From NCBI GenBank assembly GCA_963758525.1, contig CAVWVQ010000003.1, positions 2,240,001 through 2,304,000 on the forward strand: a stretch of 64,000 nucleotides of DNA. The letters run 5' to 3'. Under the pieces are notes generated by a model. The model saw only the letters and a program-made list of their open reading frames with translations, searched no databases and was not told the origin of the DNA. The position numbers and the translations under genes are program-made. The stretch comes from an uncultured Phycisphaerales bacterium (GTDB taxonomy: Bacteria > Planctomycetota > Phycisphaerae > Tepidisphaerales > Tepidisphaeraceae). Of this stretch, positions 1-11,184 are shown in pieces (within the stretch, counting starts at the first letter, position 1; each line of letters opens with the position of its first letter).

Positions 1-601
1 CAAGCGACTGATCGGGCATCTCTCCAAGGGATATCGCCAGCGCGTCGGACTGGCCGATTCGCTGCTGCACAATCCCGCCGTGCTCATTCTCGACGAGCCG
101 ACCGTCGGTCTGGACCCAACGCAAATTCGCGAGACGCGCAAACTGATCAAAGACCTTGGCGGCCAGCACACGCTGCTGCTTTCGACGCATATTCTGCCGG
201 AGGTCGAGGCGGTCTGCGATCGCGCGATCATCATCGCCGGCGGGCGCATCGTCGCGCAGGGCTCGCCCGACGAACTGCGCGCCAGCCGCCGGCTGACCGC
301 CCGCGTGCTGGTCGAATGCCGCGGGCCGGCCGAGCAGGTCAAAAGCGCACTCTCGCACGTGAGCGGAGTCAGCAAGGTGGATATCACCGAAGCCGACGGC
401 CACTCGCCGGACAAGTTTGTCACCCTCGCCCTGCGATCGAAGGATTCGTACGACGTGCGCGAGGAAGTGGCCCGGACGGTCATTCAGAACGGCTGGCCGC
501 TCCGCGAGATTCGGCTGGAGCATGCGACGCTGGAGGAATTTTTCGTGCAGGTCACCGCAAATCAGGCTGCCGCCCGCGCGGAGCCGGGGAGCGAAGCATG
601 A
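1..601 (+). CDS. ABC transporter ATP-binding subunit (GldA-like), 5'-truncated by window edge
   Basis: Signature LSKGYRQR upstream of the called ORF, Walker B LILDEPT, H-loop STH; first gene of an ABC-2 operon. Confidence 0.9.
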   Translation, partial: KRLIGHLSKGYRQRVGLADSLLHNPAVLILDEPTVGLDPTQIRETRKLIKDLGGQHTLLLSTHILPEVEAVCDRAIIIAGGRIVAQGSPDELRASRRLTARVLVECRGPAEQVKSALSHVSGVSKVDITEADGHSPDKFVTLALRSKDSYDVREEVARTVIQNGWPLREIRLEHATLEEFFVQVTANQAAARAEPGSEA

Positions 602-1314
602 GTCGCGCCAAAGTCATCGCCCGCCGGGAATTCGCCAGCTACTTTCACAGCCCCATCGCTTACGTGGCAATGACGCTGTTCCTCGTCGCCAGCGGCATCT
701 CGTTTCTCAACGATTTTGAGCCGGGCCAGCCGGCGGCGTTGCGATCCATCTTCGACTGGATGATCTGGTTCCTCGTGCTGATCGTCCCCATCCTGAGCAT
801 GGGATTGCTCTCGCAGGAATGGGCAACCGGCACCATCGAAACACTCATGACAGCGCCGGTCGGCGAGACGGATGTTGTCGTCGGCAAGTTCCTTGGCTCG
901 TTCGGCCTGCTGGTGGTGATGCTGCTCCCCACGCTCCTCTACGTGGTGATGCTTCGCATCTACGGACACCCCGATGCCGGGCCGATCGTCAGCGGCTATC
1001 TGGGAATTCTGCTCGTCGGTGCGCTGTTCATCTCGGTCGGTTTGTTCTGCTCGTCCCTGACGCGCAGCCAGATCGTTGCCGCGGTGGCCTCTGCTTCGAT
1101 GCTGGTGCTCATCACGATCATTCCCTGGTTTGTCGGAAGCAAGGCGGCGCTGCCGAAGTTCTGGCGCACCGTGGTCGATCAGGCGGTCTTCAAGCGCTAC
1201 ACCGATTTCAGCAAGGGCGTGCTGGATCTGGGCAATGTCGTTTTCTTCGTGCTGACCACCGCCGTTTTCCTGTTTGTTACGGTGAAGGTTCTTGAATCGA
1301 GGCGATGGAAATGA
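598..1314 (+). CDS. ABC-2 type permease (GldF-like)
   Basis: ATG overlaps the upstream stop (ATGA); IARREFASYFHSPIAY and EWATGTIETLMTAPV motifs; multiple TM segments. Confidence 0.88.
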   Translation: MSRAKVIARREFASYFHSPIAYVAMTLFLVASGISFLNDFEPGQPAALRSIFDWMIWFLVLIVPILSMGLLSQEWATGTIETLMTAPVGETDVVVGKFLGSFGLLVVMLLPTLLYVVMLRIYGHPDAGPIVSGYLGILLVGALFISVGLFCSSLTRSQIVAAVASASMLVLITIIPWFVGSKAALPKFWRTVVDQAVFKRYTDFSKGVLDLGNVVFFVLTTAVFLFVTVKVLESRRWK

Positions 1315-3528
1315 GCGAGCAGTCCACCAGCGAGCAGCCGCCCGCGCCACAGTCCGAATCCCGCGCGTTCGAGACACAATCCGAGCGCCGGCTCAAGTAT
1401 GGAGTCAATGTTGCCGTGGCCGTGATCGCGGCGATCGTCGCCACCGGCGTGATCGTCAGCATCGTCCAGAGTCACGACCACCGGCTCGACACGACCGCGG
1501 CCGGCGAGTTCTCCCTCAAGCCGCAGACGCTGAACGTGATCGATAATCTGAAGAGTAAAATCACGCTCGTCAGCCTCTACACGCACACCAAGCCAACCAC
1601 TCCCGACAGCGACACAACGGACCAAAAGACGGCCGCCCCCACGACAGACAATGCCCAGGTCGTCGCGGATCTGCTCGACGAATACAAGCGTGACGGGAAA
1701 AACATTGACGTTCAGGTCATCGACCCGAACACCGAGAAGGACAAGCTCTCCAAGCTGCACGATCAGTTGGTCGAAACCTACGGCAGCCAGATTCAGGGCT
1801 ACAAGGATTTCCTGGCCGAATGGGATAAGCAGTACAAAACCTTCGAACAACTCACCACTGCCGAGGCTGCGGCAATGACCGCCGTCACCGGCGGCGCCAC
1901 GCTCGACGACAGCGACGACACCAAATCCAACACCGGCTTCCGGCCCGATCTGGTCCGCACGATCAAATCCCTTCCGCGCAGCCTGGCGACGGTGAAGGAT
2001 GACATCAATGCGGAGCGCTCGCAGAAATATCCGGACTGGAAAAAGGCCGCCAACGGCGTGAAGGACTTTCTTCAGCAGTTGTCCGATCTGTCGGGATCGC
2101 TTGCGACGAACTTTGCCAAGCTCAAGGACGAAAAGGACGTTCCCGAAAACGTCCGCAAGTATATGACCGAGAGCCAGCCGCGGTTTGAGCAGATCAAGAC
2201 CAGCGCCGACGCGCTGATCGCGCAGGCGTCGAAGCTCGGGGAGCTGAAGCTCGATCAGCTCGAGGACGCGCTCAAGGTCGAGAACCCGATTCTGGTCCTC
2301 GGGCCCGATGACTGGCGCGTTTTGGCGTTCCGCCAGATCTGGCCGGAAGACAAGACGATGCGCGACTCCAACGGCGTGAAGATCCAGCCGCGGTTCGCCG
2401 GCGAGCAGCAGGTGACCGCGGCGATCTATTCGCTGACCACCAACACCAAGCCAAAGCTTTGCTTCGTTCGTCCCGGCGGCCCGCCGTTGACGGCGGCAGG
2501 ATTCCCTCCGTTCATTCCGTCTGGAATTCTCTCGGAAATTGCCGAGCGGATGAAGCTCTACAACTTCCAGATCCAGGAGAAGGATCTTTCGGGTCAGTGG
2601 GCGATGCAGTCGCAGATGCAGCAGCAGATGCCGTCTGCGCCCGAGCCCAGCGATGAAGAGATCAAAGACTCGATCTGGGTCGTCCTGGATATGGGCCGCG
2701 AGTTCAATTCCAGCCAGGAGGGCGCCCGCCGGCGCCGATCGCACCCAAGATCAAGGAGCATCTTGACCAGGGCGGCTCGGCGCTGATTGTTTTTGGGCGC
2801 AGGACGATGACTTGAGCAGCGCGCTGGATAGCTGGGGAATCAAGCTGCATCCCGACACGCTGGTGGTGCATGAGCCGATTCATCTCGATCCCGGCTCGCA
2901 GCCGGATATCGTCGAGCAGTTCAAGAGCCATCCGACGGACTTCGTCATCAATTCGTACGGCGATCACGAAATCACGAAACCGGTGCAGAGCCTCGATTCA
3001 GTCTGGGTCCCGACGATGGCCGTGACTACGGAGAAGGTTGCCGACGCGACGGCGACATCGCTGGTGCCGATGGACGACGCCTTCCCCGGGCTGAAAGTCT
3101 GGGGCGAGACGAACCTCGATTCGATGCGCGACAACTCGGTGCCCACTTTTGATCCGGCCAAGGATATGGCAGGGCCGATCTTCGGAATGGCCGTCTCGCA
3201 AAAGAAATCAGGCGCGCGCGTGGTGGCGATGGGGTCGCCGCTCATGTTTAACGGGCGCATCAATATTCCCGATCCGGTGATCGCCGAGACGCAGAATCGG
3301 TACGTTTCGCGGTTCCCCGGCAACGGCGAGCTGACCGCCAACAGCCTGTTCTGGCTCGCGCATCTCGATCCGATGATCGCCATCAGCCCCGAAGCGATGG
3401 ACGTGAGTCGAATCAGCCCCATCAGTCATGGCGCGCTGCAGTTTTGGCGCTATGGCGTGCTGCTGACCCTTCTGCCGGGCGCGGTGATCGCCGCCGGCCT
3501 GTTCGTTTACGCCGGCCGGCGCGATTGA
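1311..3528 (+). CDS. GldG-like ABC auxiliary component, apparent frameshifts at about 2720-2800
   Basis: N-terminal TM plus RLDTT..GEFSLKPQT; GEQQVTAAI; C-terminal N..L..NSLFWL and TM ending RRD; split over ORFs 1305-2786 and 2812-3528. Confidence 0.75.
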
Positions 3529-3555
3529 TCCCGGCCCAAAGCCTCGGTTTGAAAG

Positions 3556-5067
3556 ATGAACTTCAAGACCACCATCGCATTGCTCGTTCTTCTCGCCGGT
3601 CTGGGCGTCTACCTATTTGTGAGTCACTCGCCTTCTTCGAGCGACAGCACCGCTCCCAAGCCGACGGAAACGAAGAAGCTTCTGGACGTCACGCCGGAGG
3701 ATGTGACGAAGATCTCCATCACCCCCGCCGATGGGAAAACGACGACCTTTGTCAAAACCGGAGTCGATTGGCAGATTACCGAGCCACTGAATACGCCGGC
3801 CGATAATTCGATGGTGGATCAACTGGTCCGCGACATCACCGGATTGTCGTCGCAGGGTCAGCTCGATGCGTCGCAGAAGTCATCCAATGGGCTGGATCAT
3901 CCAAGCTTTACCGTGGAGCTGACCGCCAGGGACAAGACCACGAAGCTGCTCGTCGGCGACAAGTCGCTGGGGAACACCCTGGCGGTTCTGCTCGGCGGAC
4001 ACGATCAGCCCGACGTGGTGGACGTTTCACTCTACGCGTCGCTGGACAAGAAAGCCTCGTCGTATCGCAGGACACGGCTGATTACGACAGGCACCGAGAA
4101 CATTCGCCAGGTGGAAATCACGCGCGGCAAGGAAACCGTTCGATTGGAGAAGAACGGGACCGATTGGAAGATTACATCTCCCGTGCAAATGCCGGCCGAT
4201 TCGTCGGCCGTCGATTCCATCCTTTTTGCGATCACCGGCCTGAACGCCACCGGCTTTGACGACATCGACACGCCCGCCGAGGCCGGGCTCACCAAGCCGA
4301 GAATTGCTGTCTGGTTCAGCACCGCACCTCCCCAGGCGCAGCCGGCCACCGCACCGGCGTCGCAGCCGACCAGCGCGCCGGCCACCCGCCCGGCAGGCAC
4401 GACGATCAAACTCGGCGGCTACGAAAACGTAAGCCAGAAAAACGTCCTCGCCAGCGTCGATGACGGGCCGATCGTGACCGTGCCCGCCTCGACGATCGAC
4501 AGCTTTCGCAAGACCGCCCTTGACCTTCGCGAGAAGGTGGTGCTCACCATCGATCCCGACCGCGTGGAAAGTCTGACGCTGGCAGTCACGCCCCCGCCCG
4601 CAACGCAGCCCGCCGCAACCGAGCCCGCCGCGACCCGCCCCGCTTCCGCCATCGCCGCGGCCCACAGCTACGAGATCGAACGCCGCAAGCAGAATCGCAT
4701 GCTCGGCCCGGTCCTGCCTTCGACGGACCCGACCTCGGCGCCCTCGACTCAGCCGTCTTCGACCTGGGCATTCAAAGCCGGCGGCGACGCGGACGATGCA
4801 CAAGTGAAAGCACTTTTGGATGCGCTGCACCCGCTACGTGCCGAGAGCTTCATCGCCCATCCGACGCCGACGACACAACCGACGGCAACATACTCGCTGA
4901 CGATCCACGCCGGCCCCAGCGCCGGCTCGCCGCCGCAGGACTACACCCTGCAGATCACCGACCCCGGCGGCGAACAGAAGCTCATCGGCTCCTACGACGG
5001 CCTCACCTTCAATCTGGAGCGGGCCATCGCCACTAATCTTCAGTCCGACTTCAAGCCCAAGAAGTAG
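3556..5067 (+). CDS. DUF4340 domain protein
   Basis: MNFKTTIALLVLL anchor; repeated W.IT.P...PAD motifs; usual position after a GldG-like gene. Confidence 0.75.
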   Translation: MNFKTTIALLVLLAGLGVYLFVSHSPSSSDSTAPKPTETKKLLDVTPEDVTKISITPADGKTTTFVKTGVDWQITEPLNTPADNSMVDQLVRDITGLSSQGQLDASQKSSNGLDHPSFTVELTARDKTTKLLVGDKSLGNTLAVLLGGHDQPDVVDVSLYASLDKKASSYRRTRLITTGTENIRQVEITRGKETVRLEKNGTDWKITSPVQMPADSSAVDSILFAITGLNATGFDDIDTPAEAGLTKPRIAVWFSTAPPQAQPATAPASQPTSAPATRPAGTTIKLGGYENVSQKNVLASVDDGPIVTVPASTIDSFRKTALDLREKVVLTIDPDRVESLTLAVTPPPATQPAATEPAATRPASAIAAAHSYEIERRKQNRMLGPVLPSTDPTSAPSTQPSSTWAFKAGGDADDAQVKALLDALHPLRAESFIAHPTPTTQPTATYSLTIHAGPSAGSPPQDYTLQITDPGGEQKLIGSYDGLTFNLERAIATNLQSDFKPKK

Positions 5068-5215
5068 AACGATTTCCCGCCAGCGGTGAAGGTGTCTCGA
5101 TTGCTGGAACAGCGCAGTCGATAGATCGTCGATGGCGTACCGGACGACCTGAGATCGAGGCCACTGGTTCGGAGAAAGATTCAGCGGCCCGCGGCGAGGA
5201 GGTGCCGCGAAGTTG

Positions 5216-6241
5216 CTATCCCACGGTCCAGGTCTCTTCACCCGTCACGAGACTCTGCAGGTCTCCGTTGCCCAGGCGTGCGACGGCTTGATCGTTCTGC
5301 CGGCGAACCAGGTCGCCGTAGCGATCGTGATCGACGGCGCGTAGCACACCGAGGGGCTCGGGAAAATCCGGGTAGCGCATCCGGCTCAGCAGGAACGCGA
5401 GGCTCGGCTCGGGGGCTTTTTCGTCGTGAATCAGCAGATCGTCGGGGCTGACGGACTTGGTATCCACCACTTCGGGAGTCAGGCCATTGAGGCGGATGCC
5501 CTTGGAGCCGTCCTTGCCGAAGATTAATGGCTTGCCATGCTCCAGATAGAGCGTGGTGTCGCCCTTGGTGGTCTTGTCGGTCGCGTAGCTGAATGCACCG
5601 TCGTTGAAGATGTTGCAGTTCTGGTAGATCTCGACGAATGCCGCGCCGACGTGTTTGGCGGCTCGTTCGAGCACGTATTCCAAATGCTTGACGTCGACAT
5701 CGATCGCGCGGGCGGCGAAGGACGCCTCAGCGCCGATGGCAATGCTGATCGGGCGGATGGGGTATTCGGGAGAGCCCATCGGGGTGCTCTTGGTTTTCTT
5801 CCCCTGCTCGCTGGTGGGGGAATACTGGCCCTTGGTCAGGCCGTAGATGCGGTTGTTGAAGAGCAGGATTTTGATATCGACGTTTCGCCGGATGACGTGC
5901 ATCAGGTGGTTGCCGCCGATGGAGAGGCCGTCGCCGTCGCCGGTGACCATCCAGACATTCAGCTCGGGGCGGGCCAGTTTCAATCCGGTCGCGAAGGTGG
6001 GCGCGCGCCCGTGGATGGAGTGGAACCCGTAGGTGTTCATGTAGTACGGAAATCGGCTGGAGCAGCCGATGCCGGAGATGAAGACGGTTTTGCTGCGATC
6101 CATGCCGAGCTTGGCGCAGACCTTCTTCATCTGGGCGAGAATCGAGTAGTCGCCGCAGCCGGGGCACCAGCGCACGTCCTGGTCGGTGGCGTAGTCGGAA
6201 GGCTTGAGAACGGCGAGAGGTTGGGAGGGGATTACGCTCAT
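5216..6241 (-). CDS. korB: 2-oxoacid:ferredoxin oxidoreductase beta subunit
   Basis: WCPGCGD, SGIGCSSR, HGRA, GDGD and NNRIYGLTKGQYSPT motifs. Confidence 0.93.
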   Translation of the reverse strand: MSVIPSQPLAVLKPSDYATDQDVRWCPGCGDYSILAQMKKVCAKLGMDRSKTVFISGIGCSSRFPYYMNTYGFHSIHGRAPTFATGLKLARPELNVWMVTGDGDGLSIGGNHLMHVIRRNVDIKILLFNNRIYGLTKGQYSPTSEQGKKTKSTPMGSPEYPIRPISIAIGAEASFAARAIDVDVKHLEYVLERAAKHVGAAFVEIYQNCNIFNDGAFSYATDKTTKGDTTLYLEHGKPLIFGKDGSKGIRLNGLTPEVVDTKSVSPDDLLIHDEKAPEPSLAFLLSRMRYPDFPEPLGVLRAVDHDRYGDLVRRQNDQAVARLGNGDLQSLVTGEETWTVG

Positions 6242-6288
6242 GTTCAATTCGTGGTACCGCAGAAGGCACGAAGGGGGCAACGGGAAGA

Positions 6289-6323
6289 GGCACGAAGGCA
6301 CGCAGGCACGCAGGCACGAAGGG
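6289..6323. repeat. Octamer tandem repeat (GGCACGAA/GGCACGCA), intergenic
   Basis: ggcacgaa ggcacgca ggcacgca ggcacgaa between korA and korB; same unit at 14881, 21271 and 32083. Confidence 0.8.
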
Positions 6324-6381
6324 AAGGAAATGGGACAGATGGAGTGGGCATAGGAGCTCTAATGTCGAAGATCCCGTTCGT

Positions 6382-8349
6382 TCATCCGCCGGCCGGCTCG
6401 CCGGCGACGTTGGTCTGGGGCTGCGAGTCGCTTTCCATCGGAACCTCGTGGTCTCCGGCTTTTCCCGCAATGATGTCCTGCACGCCCTGGACGATCTCGT
6501 GGATCGTGAAAGGCTGGCCCTTTACCTTGTTCAATCCCTTCGCATCCACCAGGAAGCGATTGCGAAGCAGCGAGCGGAGTTGGCCGAGATTCATCTCGGG
6601 AATCAGCACGTGCTTGAACTGCTTCATCAAACTGCCAATCCGATTGGGAAGCGGATTCATGTAGCGAATATGGCACGCGGAAACCGCAATGCCCGCCTTG
6701 CGGAGATCGATGGTGGCGGCCTTGATCGCGCCGAACGTGCTGCCCCATCCGACGATCAATACGTCGCCGGTTTCGGGGCCGGTCCAGAGCAGATCGGGAC
6801 CAGCGGGCTTGATATTCGCCACTTTGGCGGCGCGGATGCGGACCATCTTCTCGTGATTGGCCGGCTCGTAGTTCACGTTGCCGGTCACGTCTTGTTTTTC
6901 GATCCCGCCCAGGCGGTGTTCCAGGCCGGGCGTCCCGGGAAACGCCCAGGGGCGAACGAGATTTTCGTCGCGTTTGTAGGGCATGTAGCCGCGCGGATCG
7001 TTCGCCTGCGTGGGATGTTCGACGACGATCTTTTCGAGCTTGCTCACGTCGGGAACCAGCCACGGCTCGGCTCCGTTGGCGAGGTAGCCGTCACTGAGGA
7101 AAAAGACCGGCGTCATGTACTTCACGGCAATCGTGAATGCCTCGATGACCGCGGCGAAGCAGTCGGAGGGCGACGATGCCGCGATGACCGGAACCGGGCA
7201 TTCGCCGTTGCGGCCGTGGATGACTTGCAGGAGATCGGCCTGCTCGGTTTTGGTGGGCAGCCCGGTGCTGGGCCCGCCGCGCTGCACGTCGATGATGACG
7301 ACCGGAAGCTCGGTCATGACGGCCAGGCCGATGGCTTCGGCCTTGAGGGCGATACCGGGGCCGCTGGTGCCGGTCGAGCCCAGCGCTCCGCCGAAGCTGG
7401 CGCCGATCGCGGCGCCGATCGCGGCGATTTCGTCCTCGGCCTGGAACGTGATGACGCCAAAGTTCTTCTCGCGCGACAGCGCGTGAAGAATGTCGCTGGC
7501 GGGCGTAATCGGATAACTGGCGTAGACCAGTTGCTTCCCGGCAAGCTGCGCCGCGGCGATCATGCCGATCGCGGTGGCTTCGTTGCCGGTGATTTTGCGG
7601 TAGGTTCCGGCAGGAAGCTTGGCTTTGGGCACCTGATACTGCTCGACGAACAGCTCGGTGGTTTCGCCGTAGTGGTAGCCGGCTTTGAGCGTCAGCGCAT
7701 TGGCGGCGGCCACGACGGGCTTTTTCCCGAACTTTGCTTCGATGTAGCGCAGCGTGGATTCAATCGGCCGGCCGTAGAGCCAGTAGACCAGGCCCAGCGC
7801 GAACATGTTTTTGCAGCGATCGACGTCCTTCGCCCCCAGGCCGGTTTCCCTGGTGGCGGCAGAGTTGAGCTTGTCGATCGGAACGCGGATCAGCCGGTAT
7901 TTATTGAGCGTCGCGTCTTCCAGCGGATTGACTTCGTACCCCGCTTTTTTCAAGTCGCCGGCGGCAAACGCGTCTTCATTGACGATAACGATCCCGCCAT
8001 CGCGCACCGAGCGAATGTTGGTCTTCAACGCCGCGGGGTTCATCGCGACCAGCGCATCGACCGCGTCGCCCGGCGTGAAAATCTCCGTGCTGGAAAAGTG
8101 AATCTGATATCCGCTGACCCCCGCGAGCGTGCCGGCGGGGGCGCGAATTTCGGCGGGAAAATCCGGGAGCGTGCTGATGTCGTTCCCGACCATCGCGGAG
8201 GTGTCGGTGAACTGCGTCCCGGCAAGCTGCATTCCGTCGCCGCTGTCACCGGCGAACCGGATCGTGGCCGAGGGAAGCGCGTGCACAGGCTTGGCCGCGA
8301 CTGACGCGGCGGAACGATCGACTAATCCATCTTCAGTGACAAGACTCAT
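6382..8349 (-). CDS. korA: 2-oxoacid:ferredoxin oxidoreductase alpha subunit
   Basis: FAGDSGDGMQL, YPITPAS, QAEDEIAA, TSGPG and QRGGPSTGLPTK motifs. Confidence 0.93.
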   Translation of the reverse strand: MSLVTEDGLVDRSAASVAAKPVHALPSATIRFAGDSGDGMQLAGTQFTDTSAMVGNDISTLPDFPAEIRAPAGTLAGVSGYQIHFSSTEIFTPGDAVDALVAMNPAALKTNIRSVRDGGIVIVNEDAFAAGDLKKAGYEVNPLEDATLNKYRLIRVPIDKLNSAATRETGLGAKDVDRCKNMFALGLVYWLYGRPIESTLRYIEAKFGKKPVVAAANALTLKAGYHYGETTELFVEQYQVPKAKLPAGTYRKITGNEATAIGMIAAAQLAGKQLVYASYPITPASDILHALSREKNFGVITFQAEDEIAAIGAAIGASFGGALGSTGTSGPGIALKAEAIGLAVMTELPVVIIDVQRGGPSTGLPTKTEQADLLQVIHGRNGECPVPVIAASSPSDCFAAVIEAFTIAVKYMTPVFFLSDGYLANGAEPWLVPDVSKLEKIVVEHPTQANDPRGYMPYKRDENLVRPWAFPGTPGLEHRLGGIEKQDVTGNVNYEPANHEKMVRIRAAKVANIKPAGPDLLWTGPETGDVLIVGWGSTFGAIKAATIDLRKAGIAVSACHIRYMNPLPNRIGSLMKQFKHVLIPEMNLGQLRSLLRNRFLVDAKGLNKVKGQPFTIHEIVQGVQDIIAGKAGDHEVPMESDSQPQTNVAGEPAGG

Positions 8350-8367
8350 CTGGCTGATTCATTTCTG

Positions 8368-8839
8368 TCAGGCGCCCTCGCGCGCCAATTGATGCTCGGC
8401 GGGAGTGGGAGGAAGGTTGTATACCTTTGCGGGGAAGTATTCCACCATGTAATGCACGACGTCCTTGACCGAAAGCACGCCAATGGGCTGGCGATCTTCC
8501 TTGATGACGGGCAGGTGGCGGTAGCCGCCTTTCTCCATCATCTCGACGGCGGCCATCACGGTTGCGTGCGAATCGATCATCTTCGGCTCGGTGGTCATCA
8601 CTTCATGGACGGGTCGCGCGGGATCGACGGACTTGGCCACCACGCGATTGAGAAAATCGCGCTCGGTGAAAATCCCGACGAGGGTGTTGCCGTCCATGAT
8701 CAGCGCGCAGCCGGTTCGGCGCTGCACCATTGCGCACGACGTCCTGAATCGACGTAACGAGCCCGACGCTGCAAATTTCACGCAGGCGCAAATTTCCGAC
8801 GCGGTTGGATCGAAGGTTCTGAGAAAGCGAAGTCGACAT
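8368..8839 (-). CDS. CBS-domain protein, apparent frameshift at about 8733
   Basis: GIFTERD, VMTTEP, YRHLPV, GVLSVKD; N-terminus MSTSLSQNL lies in another frame. Confidence 0.8.
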
Positions 8840-9171
8840 ATATCCTTTCAAAGCCTTGCGGCAAGGCGTCGGGAAATCGTATGGCCGGACGAATCCCCGG
8901 TCCAGTAAATATGAATCGGCAGAACGTGGGCGGTTTCAAGAGTGGATTGCATCAGAGTTTAACGTCGTGCGGCCGGCGCCCTTTCGAGCATCGTGCGCTG
9001 GCCCCAGTTGCGGGGTAAACTGGACGAGGCGCGATCGCTTCTGATCGGTTTCTCCTCGGTAACAGTCCCTGCGATCCATCACACTCAATATGCGGTTGCA
9101 ATGCTCTATGCGCAAGAGATTCGCGAGATTTTCTTGACGGAGGAGGTTCAAGCTGGGCAAAATAATCCGTT

Positions 9172-9432
9172 ATGAAACAGCGATACCACACGATCATCAA
9201 GGCAGACACGAACGGGTGGTTCGTCGGATGGGTAGAGGAAATTCCCGGGACGATCACTCAGGGAAGGTCTCTCAACGAGTGCCGGCAGAACCTGCGGGAC
9301 GCTTTGCAGCTCATGATCGAGACGCATCGCGACGAGGCCCGCATGGGCCTGGACGCGTCGTGCATTCAGGAAGCGATTGAAATCGACGTCGGCGATCCGG
9401 GGAACAGCGGGCCGCACGCATCCGCTTCGTGA
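9172..9432 (+). CDS. HicB-family antitoxin
   Basis: GWVEEIPGTITQGRSLNECRQNLRDALQL is a typical HicB pattern. Confidence 0.8.
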   Translation: MKQRYHTIIKADTNGWFVGWVEEIPGTITQGRSLNECRQNLRDALQLMIETHRDEARMGLDASCIQEAIEIDVGDPGNSGPHASAS

Positions 9433-9515
9433 AGGGAAGTTGCCAAGAACTGGGGGGACAACCACGTGGTGCGCGCGCACCGATTACAGGAGCAAGTTGC
9501 AGGGGACGCAATTAC

Positions 9516-9570
9516 GTAGCACGGCAGTCTCGGCTGTGGCCGCAAATCACAGCCGAGACGGCTGTGCTGC
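9516..9570. repeat. REP-like palindrome starting GTAG
   Basis: agcacggcagtctcggctgtg ... cacagccgagacggctgtgct inverted repeat. Confidence 0.75.
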
Positions 9571-9629
9571 AGGGGAGCCGCCGTCCGCTCGCTTCGAAAT
9601 AATGTCAGCAACTGAATCCGTGTGGGTTT

Positions 9630-10973
9630 CTATCGTGCCGCCGGCTGCGAGGCGGGTGATGCTGGCGGATCCCCTGCCGGGGCAATGACGGGCATTCCGT
9701 CGACGTCGATGATCTTCTGAATGCCCGTGTACTTGGCGACCGGCAGCTTCTGCAGGGCGAGCTTCGCATCGCGGCGTAATCCTTCTTCCTGCGCCACGCG
9801 AGCGGCCCGCTCGGCCTGAAGCGAATTGAGATCTTTCGCCACGTCGTAGTAGCGCTGCGGATAGGGAAGACGAACCGTTTTGCCCGACGAGTCGGTCACA
9901 AGGGTTTCGGCGTCGATCTGACGCAACTCGTTCTGATCTTCGGAAATCGTCCGATCGATCGCGTTGATGCGGGCCTGCAGCGCGTCAAAGTCCTTGGACA
10001 TCTGATCGATCTGCCCGCGAATTTCCTTCTCCTGTGCCGCGAGCTGATCGGCCTGGGCCTGCGTGACCCAGGTCGCGCCCCAGCGCGTCATGCCGCGCTC
10101 GGCCATCTTCTTCTGCAGATCGTCGTCCTGCTCCTTGAAGTGCCGCACGACCTTGGCAACCACCGGACCTTTGCGCTGGCTTTCGGGCAGCGCATTGAGG
10201 GCTTCGGCGACGTTGTCCAGAATCTCCCGGCTGGCGGGCGCGGCGAGCATTGCGGCGTCATAATCGTTAAGCGCGGCGGTCATCGCGTTCTGCCGCCAGA
10301 GGATGACCGCCAGGTTGTTGAGCGTGGGGGCGTGATCCGACGCCTGGGCACAGACGGCTTCAAATGCCTTGCGGGAAACCGGGAGCTGCTCCTGCCGATA
10401 AAAGAGAACCCCGCGAAGATACAGCAGCGAGACGTTTTGCGGATCGTCGGCCAGCGCCCGATCGAGCACGGTTGCAGCTTCCTTCAGACGGCCCTGCTTC
10501 ATCGTTTGCCGCAGCGCGTCCGCGACGCCGCCCATGCGCCGCTGGATATCGGCCTGCTCCTCGACGGTCATCCATTTGGACCCGACCTTGACCAGGCCGC
10601 GCGCCTGGCGATCCTGCCAGACGTCGACGTCCGCCTGAGCCTGCGTGGCCGCGGGAGTGCCGGGGTTTTGCTGGATGAAGTTCGCGTACCGCTCCAGTAT
10701 TGTTTTGATGTCGGGAATATTCTCGACCGCGCGCCGCAGCGAACCGAGGCGCTGCATCGACGCTTCGGGCGTCGAGGCGGGCTTCAGCTCGATCGAAGCG
10801 ACATTCTCCAGCGGAACCTGCGTCGTGTCGCCATCCGCCGTGTGAACGCGATACCCGTCCGGCCCCTTCTTGATCTCCCCCTCCAACTGCGTCCCGTCCT
10901 TGAGATGAATAATGTCCCCGGCGGTCCATGACCCCAGCAGGCCGATGAGCATCAGCGGCAACAGGCGTTTCAT
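9630..10973 (-). CDS. Secreted TPR-containing coiled-coil protein
   Basis: Signal peptide, DIIHLKDG N-terminal motif, TPR-like LNNLAVIL, C-terminal coiled coil. Confidence 0.7.
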   Translation of the reverse strand: MKRLLPLMLIGLLGSWTAGDIIHLKDGTQLEGEIKKGPDGYRVHTADGDTTQVPLENVASIELKPASTPEASMQRLGSLRRAVENIPDIKTILERYANFIQQNPGTPAATQAQADVDVWQDRQARGLVKVGSKWMTVEEQADIQRRMGGVADALRQTMKQGRLKEAATVLDRALADDPQNVSLLYLRGVLFYRQEQLPVSRKAFEAVCAQASDHAPTLNNLAVILWRQNAMTAALNDYDAAMLAAPASREILDNVAEALNALPESQRKGPVVAKVVRHFKEQDDDLQKKMAERGMTRWGATWVTQAQADQLAAQEKEIRGQIDQMSKDFDALQARINAIDRTISEDQNELRQIDAETLVTDSSGKTVRLPYPQRYYDVAKDLNSLQAERAARVAQEEGLRRDAKLALQKLPVAKYTGIQKIIDVDGMPVIAPAGDPPASPASQPAAR

Positions 10974-11184
10974 TCCACAGCTCCGCGGCAGTGCGCCCCT
11001 CGTTCCTTAGGACAATTTTAGCCGATCAATGTTGGTCAGGAAATGATTTTGTGAACAATTGCGGACCCCCCCGCGGCGTGGACAACGGCAACGCACCAAT
11101 CCCGGGGCCGGGTTGGTTCCCGCTTTGGTCATTGCGGCTTGGGATTTGTCGGCCATTGGGCGTTGGCCATTTCTTCGTCTCTCT

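Noticed and set aside
5537..8304. Long plus-strand ORFs opposite korAB, and similar antisense ORFs elsewhere (1197-2744, 11317-12792, 56221-57660)
   Set aside because: Shadow frames of high-GC genes with no recognisable motifs
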